The notes under the pieces are model-generated. The model made no database searches. It was not told where the DNA came from and worked only from the letters and a program-made list of their open reading frames with translations. The position numbers were made by a program, and so were the translations under genes. From Histomonas meleagridis 2922-C6/04-290x (lineage: Eukaryota > Protista > Parabasalia), in NCBI GenBank assembly GCA_020184695.1, contig JAANOX010000136.1:1-64000 (forward strand): a DNA stretch of 64,000 nt. The letters run 5' to 3'. Of this stretch, positions 20,567-31,200 are shown piece after piece (positions within the stretch are counted from its first letter, which is position 1; every line of letters starts with the position of its first letter).

Positions 20567-21785
20567 TCATTGTTTACTTCTATAGAATACAAATCTACTT
20601 GATGATGTATTCTTTGGTACTAACACGTCAATTCGCTTTGAGATATTTTGAGCAATTTGATCTATTTCTGCTAATTGTCTTCTCATTTGCTGCTGTTGCA
20701 CTTGCATAATGTTCAATGCATTTGCCTGTGACATAACTTTACCTTTTAGTTGCGATATTATTTCGGACTGCTTATCTTGTAACCCAACCATTTCTTCTAA
20801 TGTTTTATTCATTTGATGCTGTTCATGTAATATGTTTGTATACAGTAGCGATGACCTTGTTTTGTTTTGTGACTCATCTGAAGCTTCTTTCTTCTGTAAC
20901 AACTGTGCTATATCGCCTCTGTCATCAGCTTCAGCTATATCTTCAGGTGTTTTACCAAGTTGATTTTTCAATTTGGTGTCTGCACCCGAATGTAACAACA
21001 ATGTGACAATGTTCCGACGATTATGCATACAAGCATAATGTAATGGCGTATCTCCTCCTTTATCTTGAATGTTTACATTCGCTTTCTTTTCAATCAAAAG
21101 TTTGGTACTATTTTCATTCCCAAACCAACATGCACAATGAAGAGCAGTTTTACCAGAAAAATCAACTTGGTCAATATTAATCTTGGTTGCTAATAACAAC
21201 TTAACAATATCAACATACCCAAACCAGCAAGCTAAATGAAGCGGAGTACGTTAAGAAATAAACGGACGCCAAAAAATGAAATCAAACAGCAATGTCAGGC
21301 ATCGTAATATCAACTCCGGATTTAAGTAGAATCGAAACACAGTCAGTTCGCCCATTTCGAGTGGCTATAAGAAGTGAACTGGCATCGTGCGATATTAATT
21401 GTTTACCCATTGGTGTATCAAGTAAATACGATAATATTTGTGAATGCCCAGAAATTGCTGCCCAATGAATTGCCGTATAAAATAAAATAAATAAATACCA
21501 AATATATATATATGAACAGCAAAAAAAGAAAATAAATACTATCAGCGACTTCAATTTTGGCACCATTAATACATAAGTACTTAAGAACATCAAGAGATCC
21601 ACATGCTGCAGCAATACATATAATTGGTACGTGATTTCGTACATATTGATTGATTTTCAACAAAAAAAATAAAGAAACGTATCGACCGTTGCATTAGGAC
21701 TGATGTTTGATGGAACTAGAAGTTGTATTTTTGATTCCAAGTTTCGTTGGCAAGCGATGATAACTTGTTTTAGGTTGTCGTTCAT
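20567..21785 (-). CDS. Ankyrin-repeat plus C-terminal coiled-coil protein split by three short non-canonical intervening sequences
   Basis: ATG 21785 (MNDNLKQVII...ATVDT). Exons are about 21785-21678, about 21645-21535, 21482-21285 and 21250-20567. Joining them gives continuous ankyrin repeats (IAAACGSLDVL, TAIHWAA, TPLHLAC, TALHCAC, TPLHYAC). Confidence 0.75.
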
Positions 21786-22370
21786 TTCATTTAGATATTG
21801 AGAAAAAATAAATTTGTCAAATAATTTCAATGCAATAAATTGATGTCAGTACCTTTGACTTTTGGACAAAACCGTAAAATAATTTAAAACAAAAATATCT
21901 TGGAAAATATTCATCAATATAAAGTTATCTTAATAAAATAATTTATAAATAAGTTAGTCATAATAAATTTAAATTTTTATTAAATTTTAAGAAAATCAAT
22001 AAATATTGAATTTTTTGAATTATTTGTAAAAAAGCAATTTTTTCACATGAGTAATTTCGTATCTTTAATATATTATTCAATTTTGGATATAAAATTACGG
22101 AATTATATTAATCATTATTGATATTCAATGAATATTGTTTTTTTGAAGTGTAATACACTTAACATTCTGGAAGCGAAAATCTTTGTCAATTGACAACATA
22201 ATTAGTTGTTGACTAACAATATACTATGATAGCAATTATTCGATATTTTATAGATTCGATTAAAATCGATCCTGTTGTAGAAGGTTAGCTATAAGGTCAA
22301 AGTGATATCAATAACCGCTTTCTGCCGCGGTATTTCTGTTTTGGAGTGTTTTTAATTAAACACACACACA

Positions 22371-22706
22371 GAAATCACAGCACCATTGACCGTATGCGGT
22401 GGTGTTCACGGCGTTTTGTCCAAGCGTCGTGGAAAGGCATTCGATCAACAACAACGTGAAGGTACACCATTGATGGTCATCAAGGCTTATCTTCCTGTTA
22501 TGGAATCATTCGGCTTCGATAAAGATCTCAGATCAGCTACATCAGGTCAGGCATTCCCACAAATGATCTTCGACCACTGGGAGAATCTCCAAGGTGACGC
22601 ATTCGAAGATGGAAACCAACTAAGCGCCACAATTAAGGCTGTCCGTAAGAGGAAAGGTCTCTCTGAAAGCATCCCATCACTCGACCACTACCTCGATAAA
22701 CTTTAA
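22371..22706 (+). pseudogene. eft2: Isolated C-terminal fragment (domain V) of elongation factor 2
   Basis: EITAPLTVCGGVHGVLSKRRG...AYLPVMESFGFDKDLRSATSGQAFPQMIFDHW...YLDKL*. No upstream EF2 sequence. The frame is intact with high-expression codon usage. Confidence 0.85.
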
Positions 22707-22753
22707 ACACTTTAATAGATGGAAGATTTTGTAGAAATTGTATATTAGTTATT

Positions 22754-24441
22754 TTAGTTAACTAGTAATTTAGCTATATCCTGGTGACGATTTGCTTGTG
22801 CGTACATAAGCGCTGTTTTATGAAATCATAGCGATTTCTGAATGATTTTAGCTAATATTAAATTAATAAAACAGATATTAAATGCAAGAAATAAAGATCT
22901 TTAGCATTAATATCAATTCCTTCATGTTCAAGAAGTAATTTAACTATTTTTGTTTCACCATTATAAGATGCAATCATAAGTGCAGTTTCAAATAATTTTA
23001 ATAATTTCCAAATATTATTTTGAAATATTAAATTATTAAAATAAATTTTAAATAAAACAAATAAATATTTTTAGCATTAACATCAATTTCTTTATGTTTA
23101 AGAAGTAATTTTATGATTTTTTTATTTCTTTTTCTTACTGCTAATATAAGTGCTGTATCAAAAAAATGAAATTTTTTTGGATTATTTTTATGAAATTATA
23201 ATTATTTAAAATAAATAAATAATTAATTAATAATATATTTTTTGAATTTATGTTAATTCCTTTTTGTTCAAGAAGAAGATTTGGTATTTCTACAAAGTTC
23301 CATCTAATTGCTTCCATAAGTAATGTCCAAAATAATTTGAATTAAATCCAAATATTTATTTAAAACACAAAATTTTTAAAATAAAATTTAAATAAAATAA
23401 ATAAATATCTCTAGTATTAATATCAATTCCTTCTTGCTCCAGTAAAAAGTTAAATATTTTAATGTTTATTGTTAAATTCAATGGGAAAAATAATTTTATA
23501 ACTTCATCCATGACTAATTTGCTTGTTTTATTTTCATAAAGATATTTAAATATATCATTTCGATGAAACATAATTGCTGTTTTATAGGCATCTTCAAATA
23601 ATGAATGATTTTGTTCACATAAATGAACGATTTCAATATTTCCACCTGCAATTGCATATTTACCTGTGTTTTCTACTTTAGCTCCATTCATAAGTAAATA
23701 TTTAAAACATTTAACAGAAGAAAAAAATGCTGCATAATCAATTAATGAAACATTTACTTTATTTATAAATGAACATCTTTCATAAAGTGATGGTTCTATT
23801 GTTTGATTAAAATCAAAATTTTCTTGTGATGATATTTCTTGAAGTTTTTCTATGTCATCATTTCGAATGATTTTCGCAATTTCATTAGGATTAACACCTT
23901 CTTTAATTAATTGTTTATGAAGTTCAAAATCATTCTTTGAAAGTTCTTCATAATTTCGTGAGAAATATGTCCAATATTGACTTCCATAATCAATTAAACT
24001 TTGTATTTCTTCATCTGTCATATAATGTGCAAAATAAAAACAATTTTTGTGAACTAAATTTGGTGAAATTAAATGCAATTCGATCATTTTTTCAAGAAAA
24101 AATTTAGATTCTTTGGTAAATGAATGAAGAAGAAAACTTGTAAATGTTTTGAGCAAATTGCCTTTTTTATTAATTTCTTTCTCTTTAATTTCGATTTCTT
24201 TCATAAAATTAATATAAATATTACAATCTTTCATTTGTGAAATAAGTGAAGAATAAATCAATCGAGTAAGTGCCAAATTGTAATATACGAAAAATTTATC
24301 ATCAATTAGATCCATAGTTGTTTTAACAGAATCACTAATATTGGCTTCATTTAGCCCAAAAATAATTTCTTCAAGTGATTCAAATAATTGGGTAGAATGA
24401 TTTCTGTGATAATAAAATACTTTCGTTTGGGTGTTTTCCAT
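22754..24441 (-). CDS. DUF3447/ankyrin protein, 471 aa after removal of four 68-nt intervening sequences (23336-23403, 23166-23233, 22996-23063, 22826-22893)
   Basis: Exon 1 is 24441-23404 (346 codons), followed by three 102-nt ankyrin exons and a 72-nt last exon ending in TAA at 22754-22756. The joined ORF has no stops. Confidence 0.78.
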
Positions 24442-25093
24442 TGTTTTTCAACAAAGCGATCAGATTGCTTTGAATTATCTCAAAAAGTTGATTCTATTCA
24501 AATATTTCGGTTTAAATCAAGGTCGATCAAAAAAGTGCTGCCCATTTATCATTGATGTATCAAGAAAACTAAGATTTTCTGTAAAGAATTAATATTAATT
24601 GTCATTTTATTCATAATTAGCAAAAGCATATGTATTCATGTACACTTTGATCAAATTTAGTTGGCAGTATCTTCGATTAATTGAAAAATATAGAAAAAAA
24701 AATATTTTTTTATTTAATCTTCTAGTTCGTATTTTGATTAAATAATAAAAAAAAATTATTGTTTATTAAAGAATGTTCGTGATGTTTTCTTTAGCATATT
24801 TGAACTCAATGAGACAAAAGAATTTGCAGGAAATTTATCAAATTTATATCTTAAGATATAAAAGATAATAATCCCAATGAATAATATAATTTGCCTGATA
24901 TTAAATGATATACCATAGAAATATAATGTCAATGAAGTATTATCTTTTCCTTGAAAAATGCATTGATAATATTCATTTTCAAATGTGCTAAGGATTATTT
25001 TAATATGTTAATATAATGTAACATAAACATGTTAATATAATTTCATTTTCAAAAACTAAAATTAAAATTTTTATATTTATCACTCTAAAATAT

Positions 25094-25603
25094 TTATTCT
25101 TTCTTCTGTTTTTGGTTACGAATAATTTTCCTTTTCATAAAACTTGTCGAAATACTTAAAAATGACAATAGAATTCCTGCAATAGAACTGTATGCAAATG
25201 ATTGTGAAAGTTTAATGAATGAAACGCACTGAAGAAATAACGAGAATGATTCCATTGATGATAATAATCGGAGAAATCCACTTCTTAAAGATTTGATGAG
25301 AAAGTATAATGCAAAAATTAACGAAGAATAAAATAAGAGAATTGGAAAGAAAATAGAAATAATAAATCCAAAATCAAATCCAGGTTGCTTTGTCAAGGAA
25401 TGTCTGTAAATAGAAAATTCCAATAAGTCTATAATTATATATATTAAAAATAAGAATTTTGTTCCTGAAAAAATCTTATTCTGATTAATTTCGTGAATCA
25501 AAAGTTTCCAAATAATAACTGATAACACTTGAACCAGAACTACAGTCCAAATCCAATATGATGATAAATCCATTAGTTCTTTCAAGATACTATTCTTACC
25601 CAT
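25094..25603 (-). CDS. Hypothetical multi-pass membrane protein
   Basis: 169-aa ORF with several hydrophobic segments and a basic tail. Confidence 0.6.
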   Translation of the reverse strand: MGKNSILKELMDLSSYWIWTVVLVQVLSVIIWKLLIHEINQNKIFSGTKFLFLIYIIIDLLEFSIYRHSLTKQPGFDFGFIISIFFPILLFYSSLIFALYFLIKSLRSGFLRLLSSMESFSLFLQCVSFIKLSQSFAYSSIAGILLSFLSISTSFMKRKIIRNQKQKKE

Positions 25604-25981
25604 TTTTGATATTTAAATGATTTACATAAGTAAATAACACAAAAAAATTATTGCTTATTTACAAAAGAAAAAAAAAATTCTATAAACTTCTATCTGCATA
25701 TAGATGAGCAATATTTATATGCTTATGGTTGCTGCAATTTGAAATCTTTAATATCTTATGCAAAGGATATTTTATGCGTTAACAGATTAGAGAAAAAAAA
25801 TATATGATACCGAAGTTACCAAATTTTTTTATTGAAGATTTTTCATGTTTAATGTATTTGAACACGAAGGAAATTGCCCTAGCAGACTTGCAAAATGTGG
25901 GTCAACTTTTGTATGAATTGAACAACTTCGTTAGTTCACATTTTGGGGCACCCCTCTTTCAGATAATTATTTTTTTTCCAA

Positions 25982-27577
25982 ATGAGTAAATTTAGTATCG
26001 ATGAAATCAGAAATATGATCACTGCAATCAGGGGTGAAAACAAAAATGAACGGCTTCATGCTTTATCTAATTTTCATATAATTGCACAAGCTTTAGGTCC
26101 AAAACGTACCAGAAATGAATTAATTCCATATACCTTAGAAACCACAGATCTTGATGAAAAAGCACTAAAAAAAATTGCAAAAGAATTAGGCTCCATGCTT
26201 AAAGAAATTGGTGGTGTTAATGAAATCCAATGTTTAATTTCAGCCTTTAAAATGTTATGCGAAAATGAAGACACAGATGTTCGCAATACCACCATTGATT
26301 CTATTGTACAAATAGGCAAGATGCTATCATCAGAAGATTTTAATAAATCATATTCCACATTTCTGCAAGACATCAGCAAAGACAGTTGGTACCCACTCAG
26401 GTGTTCTGGTGCCATAATTTCATGTCAATTATACAATCAAATTTCTAAAGATGACAAATCCATTTTTCACAAACTTTTTGAATCCCATTGTAAAGATCAA
26501 AACATCATTGTACGTCGTTCCTTTGCGCAATCTCTTCCATTTCTTATTCAAAACCAATGTCCAATTGATGTTGTCTCCAATCTTCTGAAATTATTATCCA
26601 AAGATAACTCTCCATCTGTTCTTATAGAGTTACCAAATGCACTTTGTTCCTTACCAGCGAGCGAAAGTTCCCTTAAACTTAGCATATCCGAGACTATTCT
26701 TGGAACCAATATATGGCAAGCCAAATCTGTATTGATTTCCAACATCGACAAAATATTTTCCAACACAGTACCCAAAGATTTCCTTAAAGCGCTTTCCCAG
26801 AAGTCGTCAACTGATCTCTTAAACACGATCCGTGCTTCAATAGCTCGACAACTTCCATATATCTACGAAAGTAATTGTTTTCCTGACTTTAATTCGTTCA
26901 AAGATTTTTCAACGCCATTACTCTCTGATCGTGACAACAACGTACGTCTTTCTATTGCTGAATCACTTGGACAAATGCCGAAAGCGCCAAAAGAATTTCT
27001 TGATTCATCACTTACATTATTATTAGGTGACAGTGATCAAAATGTGAAACTCGCAGCACTTAAAAGCGTAGCATTAACAGGCTGCGCATTAAAGGCAGCA
27101 TCACAACGTTTGGTACAACTCACGCGTATAAATAATTGGCGTGTTAAACGTAGTGTTGCATTATTAATATCTGAGATTGCTTTGACGATGGATAAGAACG
27201 CATTTAAAAACGATGTGATGAAAACAGTGAGAAATTTGTTGATGGATGACGCAAACGAAGTGAGAGAAGCTATAATTGTCGGATTAAAAGGAGTAATTAA
27301 AGAATATGGAAACGATTGGACAAAGGAAAATTTGATTCCTTTAATCGAAGAGTTGTATAAATCAATTGATTATCAACTAAGGAAAACAGCCGTCGAGGCA
27401 ATAATTAGACTTGGTTTGGAGAACGAAATGAAGAACGTGTTGGAAAATGCTGTAGATGACCCCGTGACAAACGTGAGATTGGTGTTGGCAAAAGAATTAA
27501 AGAAAGGAACAAAATTATTGGAAAAACTTAAGAACGACGACGATGAGGATGTAAGATACTTTGCAGCAACGAAATAA
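25982..27577 (+). CDS. Protein phosphatase 2A scaffold (A) subunit-like HEAT protein
   Basis: RLHALSNFHIIAQALGPKRTRNELIPY, NWRVK, DDANEVR and DPVTNVR motifs. Confidence 0.88.
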   Translation: MSKFSIDEIRNMITAIRGENKNERLHALSNFHIIAQALGPKRTRNELIPYTLETTDLDEKALKKIAKELGSMLKEIGGVNEIQCLISAFKMLCENEDTDVRNTTIDSIVQIGKMLSSEDFNKSYSTFLQDISKDSWYPLRCSGAIISCQLYNQISKDDKSIFHKLFESHCKDQNIIVRRSFAQSLPFLIQNQCPIDVVSNLLKLLSKDNSPSVLIELPNALCSLPASESSLKLSISETILGTNIWQAKSVLISNIDKIFSNTVPKDFLKALSQKSSTDLLNTIRASIARQLPYIYESNCFPDFNSFKDFSTPLLSDRDNNVRLSIAESLGQMPKAPKEFLDSSLTLLLGDSDQNVKLAALKSVALTGCALKAASQRLVQLTRINNWRVKRSVALLISEIALTMDKNAFKNDVMKTVRNLLMDDANEVREAIIVGLKGVIKEYGNDWTKENLIPLIEELYKSIDYQLRKTAVEAIIRLGLENEMKNVLENAVDDPVTNVRLVLAKELKKGTKLLEKLKNDDDEDVRYFAATK

Positions 27578-28203
27578 TAAATACATTTTTCCATAATTAT
27601 TTGTGAACTCATATTGGTTTATGTGTAAAAAAGATTTCAAAAAGAAAAAATATGTCTCAAAGAATTAATACTTTGATACAATATATTAGCAACCAGAAAA
27701 TTAACCAGATGAATGTTTTAATCTGGCTGAAAACTGTCCTACGATTTTTTTAAGTATGTTAAAATATAATTTATTATTCCATAAAAATGATTATTTATTT
27801 ATTAAAAAAAAATCTACAAACCAAATGAAAAGATATATTCATTTTAACGAGATTTTTCAGTGTTTATTTGACCGGCCTGATTGGAAATATTGAGTGCTTT
27901 ATGAAACGTCTTATTTTGATCATAATCAATTGAAAATATTTTCTTGGTTTATTTGGCCGTGTTATGTGGTATTGTATGTTTTATTGATCGTCGTTTCACC
28001 TCTCGATAAAGTATACAATTCGATTTATCTTGCCAGCAAGATTAAAAAAAATTGGGCTTAACCGCCGCTACTAAATGGCTGAAACCAATTTTCATTAACA
28101 GAAACTTTGTGTTTAGGTACAAAAACCATCAAAACTTTGCATAAAAACAAAAGATATTGCTAAAGATAAAAATTTCGAAATCAAAAAATTAAGAAAATTT
28201 GCT

Positions 28204-28557
28204 TTACTGATGAGTTGTAAGAGCTTGCTTGATCTTTGGTAAATTAAAGCCAACAACAGTTTCTAATGTCTTGACTTGTCCATCAACAAATTTCAAAAAG
28301 GCAATATGTGGAATTGAAGAAACGTTGAAATGAGCAGAAAGAGCCTCATTGTTGTCAACATTCACCTTAACAAAGGTTACATTTGGAAATTCAGCAGCAA
28401 GTGATGGGATTTGAGAAATAAGTCTTTGGCATGGTGGGCACCATGTTGCGAAGAAATCAGCAAAAACAAGTCCTGACTTTTTAACAATTGCAGTCAAATC
28501 TTCAAATGAGGTATTTGGCTGTAATACAATAACATTAGCTGGATGGTCTTCAGACAT
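28204..28557 (-). CDS. trx: Thioredoxin
   Basis: DFFATWCPPC active site, FVKVNVD, cis-Pro SSIP; TCATT initiator upstream. Confidence 0.93.
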   Translation of the reverse strand: MSEDHPANVIVLQPNTSFEDLTAIVKKSGLVFADFFATWCPPCQRLISQIPSLAAEFPNVTFVKVNVDNNEALSAHFNVSSIPHIAFLKFVDGQVKTLETVVGFNLPKIKQALTTHQ

Positions 28558-29502
28558 GTATAAAAATGAAATGAAAAAGTATCGTTCTCAAAGTCGGCAG
28601 TTAACGTTTCCACCCGACCATTTTACTGCATTCAAAAAAATTCTCCAATTCAAAATAGTTTTTGATCAAAAAGTCGTCCTAACGCTGATTATTTGAATAA
28701 TTGAAAGTTAATATTCGTTATCTTGAAATTTTGAAGTCAACCCCATCTGTCAATTTTTGTACGATTGTCACTTCGACGTTTCAAGAAAGAAAATGATGAT
28801 CTGAATAAACTATTTAAATTTGGAGAAGTAAGTGCGATCATAACCGCTGATTTTAGAAGCCAATTAATTAATTTATTTGTACCATCTGAATTCGTCTTGA
28901 GAAGGGTAGGAAGATCTGATGCCGCAGAATTTTTTAATCGAAAATTTGCGGAAGAAGATTTTACAGCTGTAAACCTAATCATTCAACTTGAAACGGAAAT
29001 GAGTATTATCAAAGGCCAGCTGCTAATCACTTCGGAGTGACAGAATTATCAGAATTAGATGTTAATTAGAATATAATATTGATTATGTTAAGAGGTTGAG
29101 ATTTAAATATTTTCACAAAATTAAGACCACCTAAATCACCATTTCTATGGAATAATTTTTAATTTAACGAGAAAAATTGCTCACCAAGTTATTAACAATC
29201 AACATGTTGATTGATTTAGTGAAAATTTACAAATTTTTGATGAAAAGTGCTGACTTCTCAATCTTTTCTTGATACCATATAATTAATTAACTTTTAATTA
29301 ATAGTTATATAATGCACATTTAATGAATATGTTTAACTTGATTTTAAAAAATTATTATGTTATTAAAATAAAAAGGAATTAATTTTAATCAATTTTTTTT
29401 CATGTATTTGTTTGACATTCCAACAACTTACAACATGTTGTGTTACTCCCAAAGACATTGTTGGTTTTTCTCCTGGTGTTTTAAGATTCATGGGTTTTCT
29501 TG

Positions 29503-30487
29503 TTAAAAATAAATTATCAAGTTTTTCAGTAAAATTTTCAATTTCAACAAATTCATTATCATAAAGATATTTAAAGATATCATTTTGATGAAACATAATT
29601 GCTGCTTTATATGACCTTCAAATGATGAATTATTTTGTTCACATAAATAAATGATTTCTTCATTTCCGCCTGCAATTGCATATTTACCTGTGTTTTCTAC
29701 TTTAGCTCCATTCATAAGTAAATATTTAAAACATTTAACAGAAGAAAAAAATGCTGCATAATCAATTAATGAAACATTTACTTTATTTATAAATGAACAT
29801 CTTTCATAAAGTGATGGTTCAATTGTTTGATTAAAATCAAAATTTTCTTGTGATGATATTTCTTGAAGTTTTTCTATGTCATCATTTCGAATTATTTTCG
29901 CAATTTCATATGGATTATGTCCTTCTTTGATTAATTGCCTATGAAGTTCAAAATTATTCTTTGAAATTTCTTCAAAATTTTCTTTGTAATGTTTATATTT
30001 ACACTTATCATCCAAATACTGTAATTCAGATTATGGTTCATTACGAATATGAGCAAAATAAACTCTATTTCCATACAGACCTTTTACTAATTTTACTGAT
30101 AGATATATCTAAATTTAATTCAATCAATTTTCCAAGAATAAAATATGATTCTTGAGAATCAATATCATAAAGAAAAAGCACAATTTTTTTAATAAATTTG
30201 TAATTACTTTTGTTTAATTCTTTTTCTTTGATTTCGATTTGTTTCAGAAAATTAAGATATAAGTTGATTTTATTTGTTTGTGAAATAATTGTTGAATAGA
30301 TCATTTTACATAGAATTAAGTTTATGTATGATGCTATATCATTATTGGTTAAAAAATTTATTGTAGCAATAATTGATTGTTTAAGGTTATGTTCATTTAA
30401 ATCAAAAATAATTTCTTCAAGAGATACTAAATCTTGAATAAATTTAGTAGAGGAAAAATAAACAACAATATATTGTCTTTTATCCAT
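29503..30487 (-). pseudogene. DUF3447/ankyrin gene, frameshifted and 3'-truncated
   Basis: ORFs 30065-30487 and 29503-30015 are consecutive parts of a paralog of 23356-24441. There is a further frameshift near 29625 and no ankyrin array follows. Confidence 0.75.
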
Positions 30488-31200
30488 TGGTTCCTTTTTG
30501 CTTACATTGTTATGTAGTATAAAAGTAACTCATTATACATTTTCACAAATATAACAAAGAAACGACTGCATTAATGAGCTAATAATATGTTCAAACGTTT
30601 TAACTAATCACATAAAGAATGTATTTTTCATATTTCATTAAAAATAAATATGATATAATGTTGACATCAAATCCTTAAAGAAATGTAGCTTAAAAAATTC
30701 TGCTCAATCAATTCTTATAAAAAATGAAATGAATAAATTCTTATTTCCAATATGGAAATTCCAAAAGCTTCATATACAGCTATTGGGAAAGACTAAGTTA
30801 AAAAAAGTTTTTATAACTTTTCACAATAAAATAAAAGTTGGTCAATATTTTTTTTGATTATATTTTGTTTACTTTTCGTTTGAGCAAATTGATTTTAGAC
30901 TTTTGATCTTTACGAACGATCGCTTGCAATATTTCTATGATGTTCAAATTCCTTTGTAAAATTAAAAGATTTATTAATACAACACAGTCATTTTAACTTT
31001 CAACAAATTAGAGCTTCTTTATTTTGGTACTTTAGCGAAAGTCATTGTTATACTATGCAATAGTTCAAATGATTTTCATTGGCAGAGGTCAGTACAAGTG
31101 ATCACGGTGTTTCTTCATTTGACTTATTACCAGAACTATTGAAATCACCAAAAGTATTACTATATTCAGTGATGGAAATTGGATGTTATAATGTTTATAA

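Noticed and set aside
22330-22371. Cis GT-AG intron upstream of the EF2 fragment
   Set aside because: Splicing would join VISITAFCR, which is not EF2-like, and no upstream EF2 exon exists in the window.
28737-29040. Overlapping 81- and 91-aa ORFs
   Set aside because: No recognisable motif or proper ATG context. This may be another gene scrap but cannot be supported.
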